Assembly: GCA_965263355.1 (NCBI GenBank)
Contig: CBDHHL010000032.1
Location: forward strand, 1,888,001 to 1,952,000
Source: Leptolyngbyaceae cyanobacterium
GTDB lineage: Bacteria; Cyanobacteriota; Cyanobacteriia; Phormidesmidales; Phormidesmidaceae
DNA: 64,000 nt
Direction: 5' to 3'
In this document: positions 21,307-31,257 of the stretch, in pieces
Layout of the letters: the number at the start of each line of letters is the position of its first letter
How positions within the stretch are numbered: the stretch's first letter is position 1
Made by a program: the position numbers and the translations under genes
The notes under the pieces: generated by a model
Seen by the model: the letters and a program-made list of their open reading frames with translations, nothing else
Told to the model about the DNA's origin: nothing
Databases searched by the model: none

Positions 21307-21396
21307 CAAGGGGCTGATAGCTTAGCTTTTGAAGCCGCTAACAGGAGCCGATAGGATTTCACGTTGTGTCCCTTGATGATGCAGGCGAATGACTAA

Positions 21397-21436
21397 TACC
21401 CGCATTGAGCGCACTTATGTGTGCTCAATGCGGGTA
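21397..21436. terminator. Inverted repeat / putative terminator
   Basis: tacccgcattgagcgcac-ttat-gtgtgctcaatgcgggta, downstream of the GH13 gene. Confidence 0.7.
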
Positions 21437-21525
21437 CGCTCAATATCTATAATTTTTTTCCCTAAGCTAAATATTTACACGGTACGTCTCAGTAGAAAAA
21501 CTTAGGAATTTTTAGGTGACCAGAT

Positions 21526-24500
21526 ATGAAGAGGGATTGGATAAACATATTCGTTCTGCCGCTATTTTTGGTATTGCTTCTGGTGGGAGGAAAGCCAAGC
21601 TATGCTTCGTCAGAGTCATCCCTTGCTTGGGTCGGTGACATGTTTCCTAGGGGCCTGTCAAGCAATATTCTTACCCAGGGAGACTCATTTACGGTTTATA
21701 CCCAGGTTTACAAACCTGGAGTCACTGATTTATCGGGGCGTGGTGAGAACATTAATTGCACCTTTTATTGGGGTGAGGTGGAGCAATTTGACAACGGTTG
21801 GAGTCAGGATTTTGAAACTCCGATGGTCTACAGCGGCGATATCGGTGACAACGACGAGTACAAAGTCACTATCGTTCCCGAAACAGGTCTTTATGAGTTT
21901 ACGACTCGCTGCAGTTCTCAGGAACCAGCCGTAGTGCGCTGGCAGAATAAGGGAAATGGACGGCTAATGGTGACGCCTCTGCCGGATGTCCCTAACGACC
22001 GTCGGGCCATTTGGGTAGATCGCTCTACGATCGCATGGAATCACCCTGAAGGTGCGACCTATGAACTGCACTACTCAATCGATGGCAATTTGATGGTGCC
22101 CGTCCGCCAGGGAACAGGCGTTCCCTTAAAGCTGAACGGTGTTTTGAACTGGCGCAGCTATAAGAAATTTCCGAACTTGAACAGTTACGATGCCTGGCGA
22201 TTGCCCAAGTCTGCTCAGCAGGATATTCCTGATATTTTGAAGAGTGAGGTTGCGATCGCAGCCTACGATACTACCGGTAAACTCATGGCTGCTACCGGTG
22301 TGCAGATGCAGGGAGTCCTAGACGATCTCTATAAGTACGATGGTGACTTGGGTGTGATCTACCACGGGGACACACCCACCCTCAAACTGTGGGCACCCAC
22401 GGCCCAATCAGTAGCGCTACAGCGGTTTACCGACGCCGATCCGGCAACTAGTGCCATTATTGAGCCCATGCATCTAGACCCCGAAACCGGCGTTTGGAGC
22501 ATCGAAGGAGATCCCAGTTGGGACAAGCAGTATTATCAATATGAGGTGAAGGTTTATACCCCGACGACGAGGCATGTAGAAACCAATTTTGTGACCGATC
22601 CTTATTCTGTGGGTCTATCTACCAACAGTCGTCTGAGCCAGATTATAGATTTAGAGAATGACGACAGTCTAAAACCTGAGGGCTGGGATAATTTGGCGAA
22701 GCCATCGTTTACTGTCCCTGAGGACATGGCCATATATGAAGTCCATGTGCGTGACTTTAGCCGCGATGACCCCTTAGTGGCCCCTGAGCACCGTGGCACA
22801 TTTAAGGCCTTTACCTACAACGGCTTAAATGGTCAGCCATTATCCCAAGGCATGAATCATTTGCTCAACCTGACCGAAGCTGGTCTGACCCACATTCATC
22901 TGTTGCCTGTCGCTGATTTTGCCTCTGTCGAAGAAGATATCAACGCGCGTACGGATCCCAACTCTGGTTTACTTAGCAGTTTTAGTCCTGATTCAATCCA
23001 GCAGCAAGCAATCATTGGCTCTACCCGTACCACCGACAGTTTTAACTGGGGGTATGACCCTTATCACTATGGGGTACCCGAAGGCAGCTACGCGACAAAC
23101 CCGAACGATGCCACCCGAGTCTTAGAATTTCGGGAACTGGTGCAGGCCCTTAACCAAAGAGGTCTGCGGGTTGTACTGGATGTCGTTTACAACCACACCT
23201 TTGCCAATGGCCTCTATACCCAGGCGGTGTTAGATAAAGTTGTTCCCGGTTATTACCATCGTTATAACCGAGATGGCTATTCGCAAAATTCTAGCTGTTG
23301 TGCTGATACTGCTGTCGAATTTGACATGATGCACAAGCTGATGGTGGATACCATTTTGCGTTGGGCAACTGCTTATAAGGTAGATGGCTTTCGGTTTGAC
23401 TTAATGAATTTGCTGACGGCCCATCGAATGATTGAGCTGCGAGACCAAGTATCAGCGTTGTCTCTAGAGCATGACGGTGTCAACGGTGAAGAGATTTACC
23501 TTTATGGGGAAGGTTGGGATTTTGGGTCTGCCCGTGACAATGGGTTTTACCATGCCAATCAGTACAACATGGCGGGTACTGGCATCGGTACTTTTAATGA
23601 CAAAATTCGAGATGCACTCCATGGGGGCTATTCTCAGGATCCTCTAGATAGTCATCGCCAGGGGGTGATCAATGGTCTTGCCTATGACTGGAATGGATAT
23701 TTCTATGGCAAACGGTTTCGCACTGATTTACGTACTCTAAGTGATCGCTTACGCATTAACCTGACGGGTAGTTTGCAAAGCTATAGTTTGTTGGACCAAA
23801 ATGACAATCAGGTGGATGGGCGCTTCCTGGATGGTGCAGGCTACACCCGTGATCCCCAGGAGGCGATTAACTATTTATCCAAGCACGATAATGAGGCTCT
23901 GTACGATTTGAATCTGTTCAAGATGCCGTTGGGACAGTCGGGGATGGCCTTGACTTCAATGAAAGAGCGGGTGCGATCGCAAAACCTGGGCCTCAGTTTT
24001 ATTGGTCTTAGCCAGGGAATTCCCTTTTTCCATATGGGCAGCGACATGCTGCGGTCAAAATCCCTTGATCGCGACAGCTACGACTCTGGTGACTGGTTTA
24101 ATCGAGTAGACTTTACTTACCAAAGCAACAACTTTGCGTCTGGGTTGCCACCGGCCTGGAATAATCAATCACGCTGGTCAGAGATGGCACCGCTGCTGGC
24201 CAATCCAGCCCTCAAGCCAAGTCAGGAAGATATTCTTGACTCAGTAAACCACCTGCAAGAGATTCTCAAAATTCGTAAGAGTTCAAAGCTGTTCCGTCTA
24301 GAAACTGCCGCTGATATTCGCTCTAGAGTCCGATTCCACAATACCGGTTCTAATCAAAAAGATGGCCTAATTGTCATGTCCATCAGTGATGATACTAGCC
24401 GTGACCTGGATCCTAACTACGAGAAAATCATTGTCCTTTTCAATGCCAATAAATCTGACCAACATTGGTACATGCCAAACCTAAAAAATACTGATGTAAC

Positions 24501-24633
24501 GCTGCATCCAGTTCAGGCGGAGTCCCATGATAGTGTTGTGAAAACAGCCTCTTTTAATGCCAAGACAGGTGTATTCAAGGTACCTGCCCGGACCACTGCC
24601 GTATTTGTTGTTACTGAAAATGCCTCTGCATGA
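21526..24633 (+). CDS. pulA: Pullulanase-type alpha-1,6-glucosidase (GH13) with signal peptide
   Basis: LWAPTA, FNWGYDP, DVVYNH, GFRFDLM, YGEGWD, SKHDN; signal-like MKRDWINIFVLPLFLVLLLVGGKPSYA. Confidence 0.92.
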   Translation: MKRDWINIFVLPLFLVLLLVGGKPSYASSESSLAWVGDMFPRGLSSNILTQGDSFTVYTQVYKPGVTDLSGRGENINCTFYWGEVEQFDNGWSQDFETPMVYSGDIGDNDEYKVTIVPETGLYEFTTRCSSQEPAVVRWQNKGNGRLMVTPLPDVPNDRRAIWVDRSTIAWNHPEGATYELHYSIDGNLMVPVRQGTGVPLKLNGVLNWRSYKKFPNLNSYDAWRLPKSAQQDIPDILKSEVAIAAYDTTGKLMAATGVQMQGVLDDLYKYDGDLGVIYHGDTPTLKLWAPTAQSVALQRFTDADPATSAIIEPMHLDPETGVWSIEGDPSWDKQYYQYEVKVYTPTTRHVETNFVTDPYSVGLSTNSRLSQIIDLENDDSLKPEGWDNLAKPSFTVPEDMAIYEVHVRDFSRDDPLVAPEHRGTFKAFTYNGLNGQPLSQGMNHLLNLTEAGLTHIHLLPVADFASVEEDINARTDPNSGLLSSFSPDSIQQQAIIGSTRTTDSFNWGYDPYHYGVPEGSYATNPNDATRVLEFRELVQALNQRGLRVVLDVVYNHTFANGLYTQAVLDKVVPGYYHRYNRDGYSQNSSCCADTAVEFDMMHKLMVDTILRWATAYKVDGFRFDLMNLLTAHRMIELRDQVSALSLEHDGVNGEEIYLYGEGWDFGSARDNGFYHANQYNMAGTGIGTFNDKIRDALHGGYSQDPLDSHRQGVINGLAYDWNGYFYGKRFRTDLRTLSDRLRINLTGSLQSYSLLDQNDNQVDGRFLDGAGYTRDPQEAINYLSKHDNEALYDLNLFKMPLGQSGMALTSMKERVRSQNLGLSFIGLSQGIPFFHMGSDMLRSKSLDRDSYDSGDWFNRVDFTYQSNNFASGLPPAWNNQSRWSEMAPLLANPALKPSQEDILDSVNHLQEILKIRKSSKLFRLETAADIRSRVRFHNTGSNQKDGLIVMSISDDTSRDLDPNYEKIIVLFNANKSDQHWYMPNLKNTDVTLHPVQAESHDSVVKTASFNAKTGVFKVPARTTAVFVVTENASA

Positions 24634-25931
24634 TTGTTATCCAGAATGAACCCCTGCTTGAATTTATCAAACCTCGATATTCACTGACAGATATCCAGGC
24701 ACTGATCACATTCCTCAAGCAGCAGGGCACATTTGACTTTGCAGCCTTACCCAATGGTTTGTTTCCAGCTGCATTATTAACAGAAGAAACTGCCTACACG
24801 GGGTATGCGAATGTGTGGGTGCGTGACAACATGCATGTGGCCTATGCTCACTATAGGATTGGGGAGACAGCCGTTGCTGTTAAAACAGTCCAAACTCTGT
24901 TGACTTACTTTGGTAAGCATCGACATCGTTTTAACGCCATCATTCAGGGACAGGCCGATTTTCAGAAACCGATGAATCGCCCCCATATTCGGTTTAATGG
25001 GCAAACTCTGGAAGAAAATGAAGAGGACTGGCCCCATGCCCAAAATGACGCTCTGGGCTATTTCTTATGGCTGTATTGTTTGTTAGTCCGTGATGACCTA
25101 ATCGAACCGACCAGTGAAGATGTCGAAACGTTGGCACTTTTCCCGTTTTACTTTCAGTCAATTAGCTATTGGCAAGATGAAGATAGTGGCCACTGGGAAG
25201 AGACTCGCAAGATTGAGGCATCGAGTATAGGAGCTGTCGTCGCGGGGCTCAAAGCGTTGCGTCAAGTGCATCTGAAACCAGCATTTGTGACCCATTGTTG
25301 TCACCATGAGGGACAGTTGATTACACTACCCTTGTTGGATGAGTTGATTGCTAAGGGCCAGGAAGCACTGAACGAGATTTTACCGGCGGAATGTGTTCAA
25401 CCTAAACATGCCAGATCTGAAGATGGGGCCTTATTATTTTTAATCTATCCATTAAATGTGGTTGAGGGGGTTGTTGCCGATCAGATTCTCAATAATGTGC
25501 TCACTAACCTTGCTCGCGAAGTAGGTATATGCCGTTATCTTGGTGATTCCTTTTGGTGTGCTGATTATAAACAAAAGCTTTCTGGTGAACTGCGGACAGC
25601 AGATTTTAGCAACAATGTTAGCCTGCGCGATCAATTTTTGAAACCTGGAGAAGAGGCCCAGTGGTGCATTTTTGATCCGATTGTGTCGGTGATTTTTGGC
25701 CTGAAATATCAGACCACAGGCCAGGAAAAGTATTTGGACTTACAAATTCATCACCTCAATCGCGCCCTGGGTCACATTACGGGTACAGACAGTGAGTTTG
25801 GCAGTTTTCAATGCCCTGAGCTATATCACTTAGACAATGGTCGTTATGCGCCCAGTGATGCCACACCCTTGTTATGGACCCAGGCAACGTTACGGGTAGC
25901 CCTTGAAGTCATGGTACAAACCCTGACATAG
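24630..25931 (+). CDS. GH15-family (glucoamylase / phosphorylase-kinase-like) protein
   Basis: VWVRD, HAQNDALG, GHWEE, ELY...PLLWTQA; ATGA overlap with the pulA stop. Confidence 0.85.
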   Translation: MIVIQNEPLLEFIKPRYSLTDIQALITFLKQQGTFDFAALPNGLFPAALLTEETAYTGYANVWVRDNMHVAYAHYRIGETAVAVKTVQTLLTYFGKHRHRFNAIIQGQADFQKPMNRPHIRFNGQTLEENEEDWPHAQNDALGYFLWLYCLLVRDDLIEPTSEDVETLALFPFYFQSISYWQDEDSGHWEETRKIEASSIGAVVAGLKALRQVHLKPAFVTHCCHHEGQLITLPLLDELIAKGQEALNEILPAECVQPKHARSEDGALLFLIYPLNVVEGVVADQILNNVLTNLAREVGICRYLGDSFWCADYKQKLSGELRTADFSNNVSLRDQFLKPGEEAQWCIFDPIVSVIFGLKYQTTGQEKYLDLQIHHLNRALGHITGTDSEFGSFQCPELYHLDNGRYAPSDATPLLWTQATLRVALEVMVQTLT

Positions 25932-25948
25932 AACTAACATAGAAACTG

Positions 25949-26488
25949 TTACTCACCCTTGATCGACGAGGCGGATGCCAATGTTGAAGCCCCTTGCTGC
26001 ATTCGCTCAATGTCTGCTTCTGACCATACTTTAGATGTCTGACAATGATGGGCTGCCAGTAAACCCCATAGGCCCTGACTTGTCAGAACTGGCACCACCA
26101 GGTTGGCCCGTACCTGTAAATGGTGCAAAAAATCACGATGACAGGGTTCGATTGGTTCAGTTTGAATATCGTTTATGGCCCTTACTCGGCCGGCCAGGTA
26201 CAGCGCCGCATACTCATCGTTAAAACACTGATCAGGTCCTGTAGAGCCATAAATAGAAAACTTTCTATCACTCAAAGATTCGAAAGTAACCTGGCCTTTC
26301 CACTGATTGTAAAAATAGTAAATGGCTACTCGATCTACCTTTAGAAAGGTTCGCAGTCCATCGGTAGTACTCTGTACCAGCTGATCTCGTTGCATTGTCT
26401 GACTCAGACGCTGCAAAATAAACCTCATTGCATCGACTTCTGAGTCGAGTCGTTGGCCATGAATATTTGGATCAAACTGAATCGACAT
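25949..26488 (-). CDS. Single GAF-domain protein
   Basis: LKVDRVAIY...VRANLVVPV...LWGLLAAHHC, a cyanobacterial GAF pattern. Confidence 0.9.
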   Translation of the reverse strand: MSIQFDPNIHGQRLDSEVDAMRFILQRLSQTMQRDQLVQSTTDGLRTFLKVDRVAIYYFYNQWKGQVTFESLSDRKFSIYGSTGPDQCFNDEYAALYLAGRVRAINDIQTEPIEPCHRDFLHHLQVRANLVVPVLTSQGLWGLLAAHHCQTSKVWSEADIERMQQGASTLASASSIKGE

Positions 26489-26946
26489 GATAAAGCAGCA
26501 TTTTCCAGTATTAGTTTACCTTTTAACACTGGTTGCAGATATACCTGGGCTTATTTACAGAAACTTAAGCAATGAGATTTTTGGAATCGCCTTTATTTTT
26601 ATATATTCTTAAGCACTGAAAATCGTGAAGTGCCGCATCTAATGTTTGTTATCTCTACTAAGGGTTAGCGATCGCAAAAATGGCCAAGGGGAAACGCCCA
26701 AGCATTAATCGCAACTACAAACTGTAGTACGGCCAAAACTAGTGCCAGTTGGACTTCATTAAATAAAAATTTATGAGATATAGCCCCACTTACAGGAGAG
26801 TAACACAAATGCCTACTTAGATTTCCCTCAGCAGCACTCATCACAATTTCGATACAATTTCGATTGATAGAATAGATGAGCTTAAACCAAGTTCAATCCG
26901 CCAACGGTATACATGGGACGGTAAATTCAGTTATAGGCTCAATACT

Positions 26947-27591
26947 ATGAAATTAAATCAGGGGCTACTAATTGTTGGAGTATTCGTTGGCTTAGGCGCA
27001 TTACTTGTCTGGGGCTATCGAGCATCATCTGCCCCTTTACCAGAGGGGTTCCCGCCACCTACGGCAAAGGGGAACATTGAGGTGAAGCAGTATCCGGCCT
27101 ATCGGGCAGCGACAGTTCAGGTGCGGGGTGACTTAGAAAAAGCAGCATCTCGTGGTTTTTCGCCGTTATTTCGTCACATTAGCGACAATAATATTTCGAT
27201 GACGGCTCCGGTGGAGACGCGGTACCCGGTGGCGACTTTACGGTCGGGGGTGATTTCACAGGGGGATGCCGCCGTTTCGTTTTTGTATCGCAGTGTGGAC
27301 GTAGTGCCGAAAGAGGTGGCACAGAATGTGCAGGTGGAGGATATGTCGCCGATGGAGGTGGTAAGTGTTGGGGTACGCGGCGGCTATGGCTACGGGGTGT
27401 ATACAAAGGGTGTACAGCAGTTGCAGGATTGGCTGGCGGAGCATCCCGAGTATGGTGTGGCAGGTCCTCCACGACGTTTTTTCTATGATGGACCGTTTAT
27501 GCCGAATGGTTTAAAGCGTAGTGATATTCAGATTCCGGTGCAGCGCACTGATAATGAGGTGCCCATAGTTGACGACAATGGTGATCTCTAA
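26947..27591 (+). CDS. SOUL heme-binding family protein
   Basis: IEVKQYPAYRAA, LFRHI...ISMTAPVE, YDGPF. Confidence 0.85.
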   Translation: MKLNQGLLIVGVFVGLGALLVWGYRASSAPLPEGFPPPTAKGNIEVKQYPAYRAATVQVRGDLEKAASRGFSPLFRHISDNNISMTAPVETRYPVATLRSGVISQGDAAVSFLYRSVDVVPKEVAQNVQVEDMSPMEVVSVGVRGGYGYGVYTKGVQQLQDWLAEHPEYGVAGPPRRFFYDGPFMPNGLKRSDIQIPVQRTDNEVPIVDDNGDL

Positions 27592-27616
27592 AAGTTTCAA
27601 ATAACAACAGCTCGGC

Positions 27617-27646
27617 GCAAACTGCTGAATGTATTCAGCAGTTTGC
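27617..27646. terminator. Perfect palindrome between convergent genes
   Basis: gcaaactgctgaat-gt-attcagcagtttgc. Confidence 0.7.
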
Positions 27647-27686
27647 TGTAAATAACTGACTTAGATCGCGGGGTAGGCGATATCGA

Positions 27687-27839
27687 TCACCTTTTCCCAC
27701 GCACTGCCTTTACCTTACTCACCGTCAGGTAAAAACATTCATCCGGTTCCGAGCCACTTTCCAAGTCTTCTCGCTCTAATGTCGTTGAACCCAACGGATA
27801 GATGGTGTTGCCTTGCCTCAAGCATGCTCTGACCTTGAT
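27687..27839 (-). pseudogene. Internal fragment of a Uma2 (DUF820) endonuclease
   Basis: Manual translation ...IYPLGSTTLEREDLESGSEPDECFYLTVSKVKAVRGKR*; the GSTT...EPDECFY motif is present but there is no start codon. Confidence 0.7.
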
Positions 27840-27857
27840 TCTAGTGAATAATGCTCC

Positions 27858-28490
27858 TTAAAGCTCTCCTTCAAATTTCATCTCTTTTAAGTTTTTCTCA
27901 ACTTTGGACCGATGCTCCAGTTGCCAATCTTCTAAGGAACGAGCATCATCTTTCTCAGCTCGGCGCTTAGCAATCTCCCACACAGTCTCTTGCTGAGCAG
28001 CAGGAATCACAGCAATCCCTTCTTCATCGGCAATTACAATATCACCTGCATCGATCTGTACCCCACCACAGATAATCGTGTTTTGTAGGGTACCCGGTCC
28101 CTGCTTTTTACCCGGTACTGGCACGACACCTCGAGCAAATATTGGAAACCGTAGCGCACGGACCTCGGCCACATCTCGAATAACACCATCAATAACAAAC
28201 CCGGCGATCCCTCTTTTTTGAGCGGTGGCGCATACATTGCCCCCCGACATGGCATAGTCCACATCCCCGGCCTTTACTACAATGATGGCCCCTGGTTCTG
28301 CCCGATAGATGGCTGCATGCAGCATCAGGTTATCCCCTGGAGCACAGCTTACCGTATACGCTGGTCCGGCAATCCGAGGGATATGGGGCCACATTTCCCT
28401 AATCCCCATATCCATAAACTGTTCACGCCCCAGGCGAGCATCGGCATAGGTGGTAGGGGAGAACTCAACAAATTTTGAATAGGATTCCAT
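27858..28490 (-). CDS. RraA / HMG aldolase family protein
   Basis: AGPAYTV...GDNL, GFVIDGVIRD, GDIVIADEEG; likely start MESYSKF at 28490. Confidence 0.9.
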   Translation of the reverse strand: MESYSKFVEFSPTTYADARLGREQFMDMGIREMWPHIPRIAGPAYTVSCAPGDNLMLHAAIYRAEPGAIIVVKAGDVDYAMSGGNVCATAQKRGIAGFVIDGVIRDVAEVRALRFPIFARGVVPVPGKKQGPGTLQNTIICGGVQIDAGDIVIADEEGIAVIPAAQQETVWEIAKRRAEKDDARSLEDWQLEHRSKVEKNLKEMKFEGEL

Positions 28491-28783
28491 TGGATGATTG
28501 GGATAGCGACAACTAACGGTGTACTCAATGCTAGCCATACGGAGGTATAGAGAACTTCTACAATACAGGTATACCAATCATAGTGGCCATACCAGGAAGC
28601 GATTTCACTAATTTCACCAATGGAAACAGCCTACCCACGATAGGGGCTTTGTCTTCATTGATAGACCTATTTTGCAACTGGAATACTCTACAGCCCTCCC
28701 CCAGCGGACGTATCAGGTTAAGAACGTTAGCGGATTGATCATGCCTATGGTGAATATCTAACTACAAAAGTTAGGGACATGTC

Positions 28784-28942
28784 ATGATTACTCAAGTTAA
28801 ATGTATTAAATGCCAGAATTTTGCCGAGGATTTGTGGTGTAATCAGTACTGCCAAAGGTGTTGGGAGAGCTTTAGTGCGGGTGTATGGTCAGCTGTGATG
28901 GAACAGCTAAAAGAATTATCTGAGAAAACAACTCTCAATTAG
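28784..28942 (+). CDS. Putative 52-aa Cys-rich small protein
   Basis: MITQVKCIKCQNFAEDLWCNQYCQRCWESF...; two CxxC pairs; AGGGAC upstream; below the ORF-track cutoff. Confidence 0.45.
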   Translation: MITQVKCIKCQNFAEDLWCNQYCQRCWESFSAGVWSAVMEQLKELSEKTTLN

Positions 28943-29090
28943 TGTGTGAGTGACAACGCCTTACGGTAAGGGTCTGCCAAGAAATAAAATCCCTGGCTTA
29001 GATAGGTGGGTGAAAGGGTAAGGGTGAAAGGGTAAGGAGCAATCGGTTGGTATGCTTACGAAATCCTGTTTGATAGCGTCCGGTATCGAA

Positions 29091-29116
29091 GGGCATCCAC
29101 AAGGGAGTGCCCCTAC
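29091..29116. repeat. REP-like palindromic element
   Basis: gggcatccacaagggagtgcccctac hairpin of the cyanobacterial GGGCA...TGCCCCTAC type. Confidence 0.55.
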
Positions 29117-29489
29117 CGGATACAAGCACTCCACTTGCTATGGCGCTCAGCCACATGAATAACCTTTCAGCCTGGAGAAATGCATGAAGTCACGCGAAAG
29201 TAAAGTTTACTTATCACAATTAAAAGAAAGTTGATAACCCTAGGGTATCGGACTAGCTTCCGGTAAACATGTTGCTAGGGGGGCAGCCATAATGCCCAGG
29301 CATAAGCCACTTTAGATTCAGAGAGCAGACATACTGCTCCTTCACCTGCAGACATACTGCTTTACACATTATATGTGTAACTTTCTATGACTAAGCAGCC
29401 CCCGATGCCACTGGCATTGGGGGTTATTTAATGCTGGCATCATGAAAATAAACTATAAATATTCCGAGGTCTAGGCAAATTGGCAACCC

Positions 29490-30986
29490 ATGCAAGAAAT
29501 CTGGTGGATTTTGATGTTTCAGCTGCGATCGCAACTAGCCTTAATCCAGCTAGCAGCGGTTGAGCCCTATGGCAGCATTGCCTATGAGTATGAAAAAAAT
29601 TCTTATCCTCTGGCGATGGCAGATGTATTGTGGGGGCAGCCAGCATCGGGGCTAGATTTTTTACAGCAAATTGATCAGCAGGCCATCGAAACGGAAGGCA
29701 TTGACCTGCTTTCTGGGTTTACGCTCAAAGGCCAGATGCGCAAGTACTTTTACTTTGGTGATCAGTTGAACCCAGCCTATCGACAGCGCATGTGGGATGC
29801 CATGTATGGGTTTACGGTAACCGATCCACTGACCCGTCAGGCAAACCCACCCCGCAAATTCTGGTCGCGTTCCACGGATGACTGTGATACACCAGTGGAT
29901 TGTCGCAATACGGACAATCTCAGGGCCATGCGCGACACATCGGTATATTTAATGGCTGAGGAAACGGACAATGAATCAACCCGGTTGATTTATAAGCAAT
30001 ATCTAGAGCGTTACGTGTCAACGCTGCTGGATATTGGTATGGGGGAATGGGACAGTCCGGTTTACCATGGCCACACCACAGCGGCCTATCTAAATCTGTA
30101 CGACTTTGCCCAGGATCCTGAGGTAAAACAGCTGGCCAAAGATGCATTGGACTGGCTCTATCAGTCAGCGGCGATTAAGTACTGGCGTGGTACCTGGACG
30201 GGGCCGTCCAAACGAACCTATGGGGAAAGCGCAGCCCGGTTTTTCTGGCTATATTTTGGCAATGCCACCGGACCAGACGAAATTGAACGCGATTGGCTCT
30301 ATGGGCTAACCAGTGATTATAGGCCACCGGACGAAGTGGTTGCGATCGCACAGCGCCGTTTCCTCAAACCCATTGAACTCCGCCGTACCCATCCCCACTA
30401 CGAAAACTGGAAACCAGGGCGTTACGGCCCCGCCTTTTATGAAACGCTATATATTAGCCATAGCTACCAGCTTGGCAGTCTTGCCAAGGGTACAGGGGGA
30501 GACTGGAGTGGCTTTAGTCTTAGGGTAGCTACCGACAAGGGTGGCACCGATGCGCTGACAGTGGATGCCGATAAATCTCACAACATTGCCCAGTATAAAA
30601 ATCTGTTGATCTGGTATGGCCACAGTGCCCCTCAAATCGGTGTTCCAGGCACCTGTATTAAGCAAGAAAATGACATCACCTTTCTAGTCTGTGATCAAAC
30701 CTGGATCGCCATCCAAGAATTTGACCGTGGGTTTGTCCTGGAGATTGGTGAACCCCAAACTCACGGAAACTTTGCAGCGTTTCAGCAAGCAGTTAAGGCC
30801 CGGACCCAGTTAACCATAGAAGCTGATCGTGTTGAGTATCGTGGCAGCGATGGCAAAACTGTTGCCATTTCACCTCAAGGGAATCAACTACCTGACGTTT
30901 GGTACGATGGACAACAACATGACTGGCAAACCCACAGCAGTGCAGTCCCATTTGTTTTTCCGCAAATCTTGCCCTCATCACCTTAA
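29490..30986 (+). CDS. Hypothetical protein
   Basis: 498-aa ORF with protein-like composition; family not recognised. Confidence 0.75.
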   Translation: MQEIWWILMFQLRSQLALIQLAAVEPYGSIAYEYEKNSYPLAMADVLWGQPASGLDFLQQIDQQAIETEGIDLLSGFTLKGQMRKYFYFGDQLNPAYRQRMWDAMYGFTVTDPLTRQANPPRKFWSRSTDDCDTPVDCRNTDNLRAMRDTSVYLMAEETDNESTRLIYKQYLERYVSTLLDIGMGEWDSPVYHGHTTAAYLNLYDFAQDPEVKQLAKDALDWLYQSAAIKYWRGTWTGPSKRTYGESAARFFWLYFGNATGPDEIERDWLYGLTSDYRPPDEVVAIAQRRFLKPIELRRTHPHYENWKPGRYGPAFYETLYISHSYQLGSLAKGTGGDWSGFSLRVATDKGGTDALTVDADKSHNIAQYKNLLIWYGHSAPQIGVPGTCIKQENDITFLVCDQTWIAIQEFDRGFVLEIGEPQTHGNFAAFQQAVKARTQLTIEADRVEYRGSDGKTVAISPQGNQLPDVWYDGQQHDWQTHSSAVPFVFPQILPSSP

Positions 30987-31257
30987 GCCATATGATAAGG
31001 AATCATTAAGAAGCATTTTATGATTTGAGTTTATGCGCTGATTTTCCGCAAAAAATCGATCCAGAACTTTGATAATTGTCCCCGCCGTAACCCCAACTTA
31101 ATGCTATTAGGAATAACTCAGTACGTTGGGTTTTAGGGCGACGTCCCGGCCCTAATCATGGGAAACCCCAGTATGCCTAAACGAGATAACTTAATTACTT
31201 CCGGAAAGGGAACTCGGAGGGACCCCAAGCAACAGCTTTAACCACCTCACCAATATT

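Noticed and set aside
29008..29037. gggtgaaagggtaa tandem as a special element
   Set aside because: It is a short heptamer-type repeat, common in intergenic DNA of filamentous cyanobacteria.
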